A stretch of 64,000 nucleotides of DNA, from NCBI GenBank assembly GCA_028534125.1, contig CM052818.1, forward strand, positions 40,054,001 to 40,118,000, given 5' to 3'. Shown here piece after piece: positions 25,086 to 36,897 of this stretch. The DNA comes from Lama glama (lineage: Eukaryota). A model generated the notes under the pieces. That model did no database searches and was not told the DNA's origin. It saw only the letters and a program-made list of their open reading frames with translations. Numbering within the stretch: position 1 is the stretch's first letter; each line of letters starts with the position of its first letter. The translations under genes were made by a program, and so were the position numbers.

Positions 25086-25450
25086 CGCCAAGGACTGGAT
25101 GTCTGTATCCTCCCCAGATTCATATGTTAAATCCTAATTAGCCTAATGCCTAATAGTATTTGGAGATGAGGCTTTGGGAGATGATTAGGTCATGTGTGTG
25201 GAGCCCTCATGAATGAATTAGTCCCCTCCTAAGAGACCCTAGATACTCTTCTCCCTGCCCCTTCTGCCCTGTGAACGTACAGCATGAAGACGGCTATCCA
25301 TGGACTAGGAAATGGGCCCTCACAAGACACTGAGTCTGCCAGCACCTTGATCTTGGACCTCCCAGCCTCTAGAACGTGAGAAATAAACTCTTGTTTATAA
25401 GCCACACCGCCCCTGGTACTTTGTTACAGCAGCCTGAATAGACTAAGACA
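25086..25450 (+). mobile_element. MaLR solo LTR (MLT1A-like)
   Basis: gtatttggagatgaggctttgggagatgattaggtcatg...ccagcaccttgatcttggacctcccagcctctagaac...aataaa...gactaagaca. Confidence 0.92.
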
Positions 25451-25457
25451 GTTGATG

Positions 25458-25659
25458 TTTTGTGGTGTGTTGGAGCCAGCCATACCACTTATAAGAGCAA
25501 ATTATACACATCTTTCCTTGCCTCGGAGTTCAAGATGTTACACTGGTTGTTAGAGATCAGCCATGGTGGGATTATTTATACCACAAAATTGTCAAACACT
25601 ACAAATTACCTCCCCCTGACCCAGAGCCACTTGTTAAACATTTCCTAGCATACCGTTGC
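25458..25659 (+). mobile_element. hAT-Blackjack MITE (MER63A-like)
   Basis: gtggtgtgttggagccagc...atcagccatggtgggattatttataccac...ttgttaaacatttcctagcataccgttg. Confidence 0.8.
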
Positions 25660-25814
25660 TTGTATCCACCCTCAAAACCTAGCACAGGCCCTGAAATAAA
25701 GTCTCTACAAAAAACCTGAATGAGCAAATCTATGAATGAATGATCTAGATAATGAATCAACAAATAATAAACGGTGGGCCAGGAATCTACTTAATCTCGT
25801 CCATCCTTTCACAA

Positions 25815-25925
25815 CAAATTTTCATCTGTAAAATGAAGACATCACACTCTACCTACCTTTAGGGAGAATAACAAGATGTTACAGATAGGAAGGTGTTTAA
25901 ATACATAAATCACACCACATATACA
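25815..25925 (+). mobile_element. MIR fragment
   Basis: tttcatctgtaaaatgaag...acctacct core. Confidence 0.65.
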
Positions 25926-28158
25926 AATCACAAGGGGTTCAGATTAATTTTTTTAACTCAACATTTGTCTAGAAATGCTGCCAAATGGATGAGTAAGAGA
26001 AGCGCTTAAGAGCAGCCTGAATCCTTCCTATAGGTCATGTAATCTAACTTTCTTCCATTTGTAAGTTTTAGTGTCTTCTCCAGTAATTCTTAGACCTTTA
26101 TAAAATACAAATCATATTGCCTGGGGTGAATCTCATTATCTATTTTTAAATAGCTGAATTCTTACTAAAGAATTATATGAAATTCAGGTTTAAAATGGCA
26201 TCTGGTTAGCAGTCCTTGAGTCTCATTTAATTCTCATTGTCTCCAAGCTGTGAGTCTGATATACCATCCCCAATAACTCTGACCTTCCCAACCTCCTCAC
26301 CTTCAAAAATTAGAACTTGAGGCTCATCCTATTGCCAAAATCTGGGGAGAAGTCTCACTTATTACAAGTTTTACAAAACATGTGTTGAGAAAGGTGATTT
26401 AGGATCTAGTCTTGTGACGCTTCTGGAATAGAGTTAGCTTGCTGGCAGGGAAGAAGTGGAATGATCTTTTGTCTCTTCACCCGTATTTGCAACTTGGTTC
26501 AGAGATGAAAGTTGCGGAGAACAAAACTACTGTCCCTCTCCTACAATGGCTCTGCTTTTTGAGCCCCACATACTCTTTCTACCTCTTCTCCACCCCTTTT
26601 ATTGAAACCATTTGGAGATCGCAACCCCCCTCACACAGTTGGCAAGGGCTGTTCGCGGGTATGAGTGGAGAGAAAGGGGTAGAGAGTGAGATGAGGGGTG
26701 GGTCAGGCTATCATCGGACCTGGAGGCCCCGGAAGGATAGAAATCTAAATTGAAGTCAAGACAGACATGGAAGCTGGGGTGCCACATATATAGAGAGAGT
26801 TCAATTTTTTTCCCCCAGAATTTATCTTAAAAAAAAAAGAATGGAAATAAAGATAATATCTTGACAAGATTCTTAGTAGGGTTTCTGTTTTCTTCTTGAA
26901 AGTTTAATAATTTCTCTTACTTTCAATATTTAAGATGCATTCTTTAAGTAAGTGTAAAACAAACACTTCAAACTTTGAGACTGACTAGGGGGAAATTATT
27001 CTGGCACGTTTGCGTCGGAGGAAGGCTTTCCAGCTATTCACCAGCAGGAAGAGGAATTCTGGGCTGGTCTTCTTGGTAAGTCAGAGGTTAAATCAAAGCT
27101 TTGAGAAGCCAGGAGCTCATTTCTTCTTGGCAAGTCGACAGGGCATCTAAATCAGCCGAGAGACATACACGGGGCTCCTGGTCTTCTGTCTTTGGGCTTC
27201 ACTGTGCACAGTTGCCAGATCTGAGGTGAAGAAGAAGTTGGCTTCCCCGGAAGGTATCCTCTGCAACTCCTCTCCCTCTGCCCACAGGCCTGCTTCATGC
27301 CTTAAAGGTCTGAGCGCCTCAAAATAAAGCCCAGGACTTGTATTTGTCAAAGAAGGTAAGATGTTAGCCTCACAGCTAAACAGAAACCAAAGTATTTTTT
27401 TTTCTTTCTTCTAAGGGCAAGAGAAGATGTCAGAGGCTTTTCCTTTCACACCCACAGAATATAATACAGTTCCAGGCAGCTGGAAGTTTCTAAATTGAAA
27501 CACAAGAAATGTATATTCAACTGCGTGAGAATAAACAGCCCAGAGCACGCCTCCGCGGTACCTCTGAAAGTAGCTAATTGAAATAACACTGTAAAGACAC
27601 CGAGCCCCAGCTGGAGGGGTGGGCTGGGAGGGGCAGAATGCAGTGAGAGGTGGAAAAGATATGATCTTGATTATGTGCCCAGTAAAGTTTAGAAACAGGA
27701 AATTCAGATATAAACAGTTAACATAATGCCAAGCACTGAGCAGATACATATTTGTTTGGGGACAGCACATGGCCCCTCTATGACTCTTCATGCTACTGAT
27801 GATAAATACTACGAACATACGAAGAAGGAAGTGGAGTGACTGGTTATTCTGTTGGAAAGCAACTTAATGATGGTTAATCCAGGCAGTCAGGCAGGTTGGT
27901 GGGTGGCTGTGTCTCTTTGGCTCCTGTCTGTCCATCTGACTTCTGTCTTTAGCACCCTGATCAGAGGGCCCATGATACACACAGCTGAGGCTGGAACTTG
28001 TACCCTGAACTACTGAGCAGATACAAAGAAGCCCTGGCCTTTATGATTTCCTTATTTTCATAGGCTCCTCTGTCCTTCTGTGGAAACTATATATGGGGCT
28101 AGAAGCAAGATGATTTCTTTGCAGAAGCAAGATTAAACTCTTTTGAGGATACGCTAGG

Positions 28159-28771
28159 TCCATCATTCCCAAACTCTGTGCCGAGGCATCCTAGCACACC
28201 TCAGCAAAAGCACAGGGGCGCCAGAGGCTTTTAGATTTTTTAATTAAAAAAAAAGTAATGTCAAGGGAAGCACTGTGACACTGGACATCTGTCACCCAGC
28301 ATGAGAACCCCTACCTCAAGGAAGGGCACAGTTTCAACATTAGACTGTATCACATTCCTCTGAATAATGTATTTTTGTAAAGCTAGGTTTTGGGTGCTTG
28401 TGGATTAAAGTGAGTGCTGCATGAAAATAAAATGCAGAACAGGAAACGAGAGGGGCGGCATCCAACCTGCTTCCAAGTTTTGTGAGGTTGCCTGGGGCTC
28501 AACAAGTACGTAGCTCTCATCAGTAACTGTGCTTTTTTAAAAATAAAACAAAAGTGTTTTTTTTTCCTCTTTTAAGTTTCATACAGTACAATATGCATAT
28601 ACATTTTCAAATGGCTACTAAATTCTTAGGACATAAATGTGTATCAAGTTATTTGGACCTAATTACTTAATAAATGGAAATGTTGGGTGTTTCTTTTGGT
28701 CTAGGGATACCCTGAAAAAATTACTGAGTCATTAAGGGTACTCTGATTTAAGAGAGTTTGGAACTTCCTGC
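28159..28771 (+). mobile_element. hAT-Charlie transposon (MER119-like)
   Basis: ttcccaaactctgtgccgaggc...cagtttcaacattag...aagctaggtttt...gaacaggaaacgag...gagagtttggaacttcctg; degenerate TIRs. Confidence 0.8.
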
Positions 28772-28914
28772 CTTAGGCAAAGTTGGTTGGAGATTTTGCA
28801 AATGTGCATCTCACAAGATTTCTACTCTAGTTCAGGCTTTATAGACCCGAGAGATGGAGGAAGTAACAGGCTCCAGTAAGCACCCACTCGGTATTTGCTG
28901 ATGAATATTTTCCC

Positions 28915-29135
28915 CTAACATTTATTGAACCAGGCACTAAAAAAAATTTTTAATTATATTATCTTATAGAATTCTGATGATGTCCCAATGAAGTGAGCAT
29001 TATAGTATTATATTTTACAGACGAGGAAACCCAGGCTCAGAGAGGTTAAGTAAGTTTGTAAGTCACACAGCTAGTCTGTGTCATTTGAACCCAGAACGGT
29101 TTAATTTGAAGCTCCTCCTCTTTCCACCACACCAC
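28915..29135 (-). mobile_element. MIR SINE
   Basis: ttttacagacgaggaaacccaggctcagagaggttaagtaa...agtcacacagctagt...atttgaaccca. Confidence 0.9.
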
Positions 29136-29147
29136 ACTTACCCCAAG

Positions 29148-29183
29148 TGGATGGATGAATGGATGAATGGCTGGATGGCTGGA
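29148..29183. repeat. (TGGA)n-type simple repeat
   Basis: tggatggatgaatggatgaatggctggatggctgga. Confidence 0.85.
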
Positions 29184-30359
29184 CAAATTAAAGACCTAAC
29201 ATTTCTAAACAGGGTGGACAGAGAGGAAGCTCCAAGTGCCATGGGATGGTGGAGAGAGCTGGACAGTATCAGTTCTTCTGTGAAATCAAATATACCAATT
29301 CATCACTCTTCTTTAGGAACTGAATAAATAAACCCAGAATGCCAAATAAATCTACACCGAGTTCTGCAAAGCTCATCCTTTCTTTTGCATTTTGAAGGTA
29401 CACAAGGACTAGCTTCTCTGTTACCATACAGTTAATTCCTAAAGACTTTAACTAAAGTCATAGGCTGATCCAAGTTCAAAGCGGACAATCCCTTACGTTC
29501 TGCATTGCCTTCAACTAATATGTCCATAAACCATAAGGGCCAATACTTGGGATGTTTGAGATATTTCTGTCTCAATCAAGCATATCTATTTGCATAAAAT
29601 ATTTAGATATTAAATTTCTAATGCTTTAAAAAAAAAGCTTCAGAAGAGAAGAATGTTTTTCTTAACCTCATTTGTTTCAAAGGAGAAAGAATGAAAAAGA
29701 AAAGAAATGCATCATGTTTTACATAAAGGAAACAGCTCCAGGCAAACCTTGCTAAATATTTTAATGGTTTAAACATTCATTTTAGCAAGTTTTCTTTAAT
29801 TTTCTTAACTTTGTTCCTTTTGAACTGGCGCAACCTTCATGTTTAATCCTTGGAGCTTTCAAGGAACAGCTCACAGAAAGTTATATACACAAATATAACA
29901 AACATTTCAAATAAAGCACAGTGCCTAAAACAGAGAACAGGAGAACTCTGACAACAGCTGCTAGATTTAACACTAATAGTTTTGAAAGATTTTGGCTTGA
30001 AGGTTAAGAGTATCTTATGACAATAAGCAGGCTTTGTATATAATGTCAACAGTCCTTTTGCAACATGTCCAGTTTTAATTTATTCTTTTTCATTTGTATA
30101 AGACAAATAATATAATTATGGATGTCTGGTTCATGACATTGAAGTAAAAGAAAAGTCCCAAATCAATCATGTTTTTCAAGAATAACAACTTTTAAAAACC
30201 TCTGGCCTAGATGCCTGGTAATAGCTATAGTTTGGTCTAAACTTGATAATATGCTTCAAATCTTTATGCATTTACTTAATTCATACTAGCGTTTGGTGCA
30301 TTGGTGCTTCTGCAGATGTGGAAGTGATTTAACTTTCCACTCAGTTTGCTTCTCCAGGG

Positions 30360-30960
30360 GCGACCGTGACTGAGTGTAGAGATGCCTCCCTCCGGACCCA
30401 CAGACCAGGGACACCGGAAAGTTTTCAGAATCAGCCCCTGGCCTGTGCCAGCGAAGGCTCTGGAAGCATCCCAGGCACATCAGAGAGCGTTTTACACCAC
30501 GCATACATCCACGGAGACACACACGTACATGGCACACACGTGCGCACAGACGATTGTGCAGGTAATGCCGTGTACCAGGCCTTGCTGCAAATGCCAAGTC
30601 AGAACCGTCAGGAGGAGAGCTGTGTAACGAGGCACGTGCATAGAGGACACAAAATAAAAGAAGCACCGGGCCAGACTGCTACGTGGGAGGCAAATGAAGC
30701 TGGAGTGTGGCTTTCAGGAGGAGGAGGGGTTCAACCCAGTACTGGCGATGAGCCCGTCTCCACAAGAACGCACAAGCCACCAGCGAAGGCCGGCCTCCGT
30801 GAGGCTTATGTTAGAGGCCACCAGCTCTCCGTCCACGCCTAGGCCGGCTTCTGCTGCAGACCTCAGGTCTGGTGTCTGCGGCCCAGGGTCCGGGTCTAGT
30901 GAGGAGACAAGGCCAACACACCACTCCTGGGCGCTGCTCCCATGGGCGTGGCTTGGCCCT
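30360..30960. other. CpG-enriched GC-rich patch (weak CpG island)
   Basis: Roughly 30 CpGs in ~600 bp by eye, against CpG-depleted flanks. Confidence 0.6.
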
Positions 30961-31009
30961 GAGCACTATTCTCCAGAAGAAACTTCCTCAGGGAAAACAA
31001 CAGCAACAA

Positions 31010-31200
31010 CAGTAACAGTATTTCTGGGCACTGACTGTGGAGCACATTTACTGATAGGTCCTCCCTGAGCCTCCCCCGCATTTTAGGAAACAGATATTAT
31101 TTCCCCCATTTTGCACATACAAGAACTGAGTCAATTTTCCCAAACACACAGTAAATCTGGGAGTAAAACGCAGATATCTTTCCTTGAAGAATCTACGGTA
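31010..31200 (-). mobile_element. MIR SINE
   Basis: tattatttcccccattttgcacatacaagaactgag. Confidence 0.6.
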
Positions 31201-33152
31201 TAACCTGTCTTTCTTCCCAACAATGAAAATGCTCGGGATTGAACGAATGATCTCATGCTGACCGTGATGTGATTTGTTTCCCCCTAGGTTGCAGTGCCCT
31301 CCTCAGTCGCTCCCTTCTGAGTGCTTAAAAGCCCCATGCTCAGCCCACTCATCTTGTCATGTATCTTTTTATACCAAGGTGCTTTCTGCATGTGATCTAG
31401 AAGTACCCCACCCCCCACCTTAACCTTGAAACTCTTGCAACCTGTGCCTTCATAGGCACCTGACAATGACTCGAGCCCCACCCTGGCATACACAGGTATA
31501 CACACACACACACAAACACGTGCATGGCTGCATGGTCCATGTGAACCTCTGACAGCTCAGTAAACCACTGAATGTCAGCGCAGAATATCAGGGAAACCGT
31601 AGACATCATACAAGACTCAAGTCTCTCATTTCACTAAATTCCCTGAGGTCTCGGGACAGGTGAAAGGTTAAGGAGGATGCAGAAGGCAACCATCCTGGTT
31701 CAGTCAGCAGATATTCTGAGAGTCCATTATTCTTTTGTGCAAGACTGTGTTTGGTCCAGGAGATAAAAAGAACAGATATTAAGATCCATGCCTTCTGGGC
31801 TGATGGTCGAGGTTAGAACGGGCAACTACAGCTCAGGGCGAACAGTGCTCTTCTGGGAGGAGCACCAGGGGCTGCTGGAGGTGGCAGAGGGCCACTGGCC
31901 CCCGTCAAAAGCCTGTTACCCAAATCTCCTGCTCCCTGTCTTTTCATTCAGGAGAAATGTAATAAAGTGGCTGGTAGCCATGATCAGTTCTTGTAGAAGT
32001 GGATGCTACAGGTTTTTTTTTTTTTCCAGCAAAGATGAGAATGAAAATACCCAAAGCCTGAGAACTGAGATGTGCACGTAGCCCCTGTTTTCAGAGCACA
32101 GAGGGATTCCCGACTTTACACGGAACCCATCCTTTCATCAGTGTGACCTTACTACCATTTCTCTTTATTGCACACCTGGTTTTAGCACACGGCCTGGTAC
32201 CCACAAAGTGTTCAAGGTAAGTGTGCCAAAGGAGCACAGGCCAGACTTAGACAGGAAACTCAACCCCGGCAGGAGTTCTGATTCTTCAATTGCTTGGTGG
32301 GTCTAGAGGGACACTCACTGCGCTGCATCCCAGCCGGGGCTCCCACGCACGGTGCCTCCGGGAATCTGTGCAGCTACAGTCTTACCTACCCGGGACTCTG
32401 GGGTCTCGGGCCTTGGGGTCTCACTAAACCTAGTCTCTCATCACAGTTTAAAGTACAGACAAACCACTGTATGACCTTAACCCAGTCACAGAATGGGCTT
32501 CAGTGCAGAGCTGACCTCCCAGTTCAGATGTCCTTAGGCAGTACGAAGTGCAGTGCGTGGAAAGAAGCTGGAATCACGGTACTTAGGGTACCAGCCCAGC
32601 TCTGTCACTGTGTGTGGGACACACTCCCCTTGATGTGCAAGAAGAGTACGATGAAATTGTGGGGAAGATGGTGTCTTTGGTCTCATTCCACTCTAATATC
32701 CTGTGGTTCCAGGAGACCTTACACCCTGCATCAGAGAACAGGAGGCTCCCTGCTCCTTGGAGCTGCACCGAGTTTCTTCAGAGATCTACATCACACGGGA
32801 GACACCGTAGGTGAGGGAAAGTTGCAGTGCAGTGTCCTGCTTACAAATTCCCCATGAGTCGCTTTCTTCTCCCTGTCTCCTTCTGCCAGGCACTAGCTTC
32901 AAGGCTTGTTTTATACACCCTTTCTCGGGGAGCCTTGATGTGAGCATCTGGTGGAGTTTATCTCTTTCAAGGATCTGCACCTGTGTTCTATCTTGCCTCC
33001 TTCCCTTTTAACTATACTGTTATGTTTTTGAAAGCCTGGGCTCTGTGGTTCTTCTTTATGTTGTAGAGAGATTTCTACATCCAAGGCCCGCTGACACCAC
33101 CAAGGCTACTTGAAATGGGTCTTCTCTGCTGCTTTTCTTTATGCAAATCGAT

Positions 33153-33715
33153 GTGCTCATCAGAAAGGCTCTTGGGTACAAATGACAAAAACTGGATTCC
33201 AACTTGCTTTAACACATGTTCATTGTAAGAACAGATGAAAGCTCATAAATTTACTGGAAGAGTCGCAGTAACTGGAAACCTCTGGGACAGGGGACTCTCC
33301 CTTTCCAGGATGCTGTCTCTGCAATTTGTCCTCAGGTGTCAACTCTACTCTCTCCAGTGTCTTGATAATGTAGAGGACAAGGTCACCACTAGGTCTGCAA
33401 GTCATCACCTCCATGATGCTCCTTTATCAGAGAGGAAAAGGAATTTTCTCTACTTGCTTCACTTAAGAGAATCACAGGGAAAACTTATTGCTACAACTTG
33501 GGTCACATTCCCATTGCCAGATAAATCACTGTCACCAGGGGATGGAACATTATTATTATCTGGCTCTGGGTCACGTGCTCCTGCTGCGTCTTGGAGACGG
33601 GGTCACAGAATTGGCAGCATGCAGAAACCCATGATCTGAGGAGGAGATGAGCAGGTCCCCAAAGAAAACGTTAAAATAAGGGAGCAAAGATGCTGGGCAC
33701 ATAGAAACTATAACT
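33153..33715 (-). mobile_element. Old MaLR LTR (MLT1K/L-like)
   Basis: cttgggtacaaatgacaaaaac...aacttgctttaa; ttgggtcacattccca...aatcactgtcaccagggga; gatgctgggca. Confidence 0.7.
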
Positions 33716-35059
33716 GTACATCCCAGATAAGAATGATTGTAGCATAATTTGTGAAAAACTCGATGTGTCTTGTCTTAGCATACAGTTGCATTTCAGGTAG
33801 TCCTCATAACAAATACGCATGAGAAGGTATTTCCCCCGTGCACTGATGAAGCAACTAAACACACATCCAAAGATTAGGCTACAGAGATGGTGCCATAGCT
33901 AGGCAGAGAGGCTGCAGAGGCATCCACAGTTGGAGGAATATTTCTGGACGTCTTAGTTTGGTACCACCTAAGTCATTTCTCTGGATGCAGATAAAATACC
34001 ATAAAGATACAAGTCAAAAAATCTTATTGATTATGCATCAAATAAGCATCAGAGAGTAGAGATGAGCAGAATTGAAATCATGACTTTTGAAGGAATATTT
34101 AGACCTCAAAAGTAGCTTAGTGCTAGAGCTGCAAAAGCCTTTGATATTGAACCAAGCCTTGAATTGTCACTCTAATAAAAATTCTGAATTGGGGAAATTA
34201 CACAACTCGAAAATGGCAATTTAATAAATGGAATCCTAATTTCAAGTCTTCAAGTTTTGAAAAATCTGAATCTTTTAGTTATTATTTAGAGAAACTGATA
34301 AAGCAACTATAGAAGAGAAGTGAAACATACAATATAAATGATAAAATGTTTTAAAAAAAGTATTATTCCAAGAGAAATTATTATTATCTAATATATTAAA
34401 ATGTGACCATGATTTGATGACAAAAAGTAAATATATATATATATACATATATAAAATGAATTTATATGTATGATTAAACTTGACCAAAGAAAGTTTGCAG
34501 ATCTCTGTGGAATAACGGTGAACAAAACATAATAAAGTCAAGTTAATAAATATACCATTCTAAGAAATGATTTTCATGACCTCCTTCATAATAGAGATAT
34601 TTTTTATGTTAATATCTCAGACAGAAATATATGAGCTAAAAATAATTTAATGTAATTACATAAATTTAGCTAAAGATGATAAAAGATTTAGTATGATAAA
34701 TAGTAAAATTGATGTTAAGAGTAACTCTCTATTTATTGAACTAAGCCACCTTATGATGTCTAGCTAATGAAAGGTTGTTGGAAACCTGTGCATATCGTGT
34801 CAAAATTGCAAACAGGGTCATTATTTAATTAGTGACACTTGTGTCTAAGGAATGCTCATGCCAGCAATGTCTTAACATTCACTTAACATTAATAAGTGAC
34901 TTGGAAATTATAAGGATGATTTTATGAATAACTTGGGCCACAGTTTATGTCACTGTGTAAAGAGTTCTATAATATGTAGTTTAGCTTATCTACAGAATAA
35001 AAAGAACAGTTTGAATTTCTTGTTTTCTACGTTTCTTGTTTCACCCCATTAATAGTAAA

Positions 35060-35420
35060 ATATTCAACTATCCCCTCAGTATTTATGGACAAAGAGCTGA
35101 GGACACAGAGAGCATTCTCATGGGCCAGCTGAGAGTGCTTGCTGTAGAAGAAAGCATTCATGTGATTAGAAGTTGGGTAATTTCAAAAGACAGAATAGGT
35201 AAGAGAACATTTCAGAGGGAGTGAATTGTGGGATTCTGAACACAAGCACTGATGACTGTCATCTGACCCACTGAGTTTAGTACTAGAGGGAGTCAGAGGT
35301 AGGGGTGGGAAACAAGTCTAACCAGGTAGATAAGATCAGATTGAGTATCTTGAGAAATGGATAGAGCTAGATAAATTTTTGGGGTCTTGTGAATCACTGA
35401 TTTTTTTTAAAAAAATCAGA
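35060..35420 (-). mobile_element. L2 fragment
   Basis: attcaac...cagtatttatg...acatttcagagggagtgaattgtg...gtagataagatcagattgag. Confidence 0.5.
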
Positions 35421-35424
35421 AGAG

Positions 35425-35540
35425 GTACATTGGGGCTTAATTTCCTGATCTATAAAATGGGATAACTCCTCAAGAGCTAGAACTGAACTATGTACATGAA
35501 AGAACCTGGCACATGGGTAGATAACTGAAACATGTATTCT
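35425..35540 (+). mobile_element. MIR fragment
   Basis: gggcttaatttcctgatctataaaatgggataa...cctggcacatgg. Confidence 0.7.
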
Positions 35541-36619
35541 GGTCTATAAAAGTCCTCTGTCTAGTTAAAATATGCAGTCTTTTTCCAAGATCATACACTC
35601 ATACGAGAGTTAAAGATTAACAGAAAAGTAATATAATTTCCCTAGAAAAGATACATTGTTTATTAAATTACCTTTAGTACTTTACAGAAAACAATAACAA
35701 AGCATTCTTCCAAATGTATTATATTGCATTTTATTAATAAGAATGCAAATTGCTCGATTCACCTTGTTGTTGCATGACATGACACTAGCAGCTCTGCTTC
35801 TGTCTAGTCGTGACGTTTTCCTGAGGTTCAGAGCACTTAGTTGGTTGTATATTTTTTGGCTCATATGAAATCCAAGGTAATGAGCTTTAACACTACAAAG
35901 GCTCTGGAATGCTTTCAAAAACATTTGCTTCCCACAAGACAAATTAGCTGAACCAAGCAATAAAATGTGACATTAAGCATTCAATACTCCCATTTTTATG
36001 TAGTCCCAGGTCAACAAAAATGACCCCACTGGGGGCATTTCTCTAATGCCCTTGCTCAGAGTTCTACTAAAAACCTGTCTCTAGGAAGCCAATCAATAGT
36101 TATTTATGCATTGTAGACTCCTAAAGAAAGCCTGCCTCGTAAATTGAACTCAAGCCATTCTGGAAGCTTCTGGACCTAATGTGGTTTATAAGGACCCTCT
36201 GTCAAGTGGACCACCCTGTGTGCACACACATGTCTACATCTGTATATGTACATTTGCAATTTATCACTTTTACTCATTTGGTATTGTATCTTAAGGTCTT
36301 AACATTCTAAAGTTGTCTACTGATTAGTGAAATCCTACTCTTTTTGCCATTTTTGAACGTTCATATTTAGACATTGTAGTTGTTGACTATCTATCTAGTT
36401 TTCAGAAGAAGGGAAATGTTCAACTCATCTGGAATAACATGTTCTTTCTATTTCAGGGGAAACATTTCTCTAGGTAAATTTTAATTGGTCTAAAGAAGAG
36501 AGGCCAGGAGAATGAAGACAGATCTTTGCCTGGAATAGTTGTTAAGGACTGGGTGTGTCTGGCCTAGAGAACGCAAGAGCCCAGGAGTGGAGAAGGGAGA
36601 AGGCAGTGTCTGCATGTCC

Positions 36620-36830
36620 CTAAAAGACTTAAACAGAAGAGAGCCCAAGGGGTTTAGATGAGGAGCAAGGGACAGAGTGATAGGGAGGCAGAGTTTAGGT
36701 CAGTACAAGGAAGAAATTTCTAAAACAATGGTCTCCCCAAAATGAACTACACAGAGATTAGATAAGAGAGAATCCAACCGGTGATGCTTCAGACCCTTTC
36801 CAGCCCAGAAATGAAACACCTCAGTGATTC
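36620..36830 (+). mobile_element. L3/CR1 LINE 3' fragment
   Basis: gggaggcagagtttaggtcagtacaaggaagaaatttctaa...ttcagaccctttccagccc...gattct. Confidence 0.6.
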
Positions 36831-36865
36831 TCATGATGCACAACTTTTTCCTGCCTCTCGTATTT

Positions 36866-36897
36866 AGGAGATGTTAGGAGATGCTAGGAGATGCTAG
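36866..36897. repeat. 10-bp tandem repeat (AGGAGATGYT)x3
   Basis: aggagatgtt aggagatgct aggagatgct. Confidence 0.9.

Larger units (their letters stand above)
24180..25745 (+). mobile_element. L2 element, fragmented by three younger insertions
   Basis: L2-like pieces at ~24180-24320, 24640-25080 (actcattcttcaagacaattcagatatcacctcct) and 25660-25745 (cctagcacagg...atgaatgaatga). Confidence 0.65.

Noticed and set aside
30830..30895. Minus-frame peptide ...AAEAGL resembling HOPX
   Set aside because: Only six residues match; flanking homeodomain residues are absent
32294..32857. 187-aa ORF
   Set aside because: Non-ATG start, random-looking composition, no domain recognised
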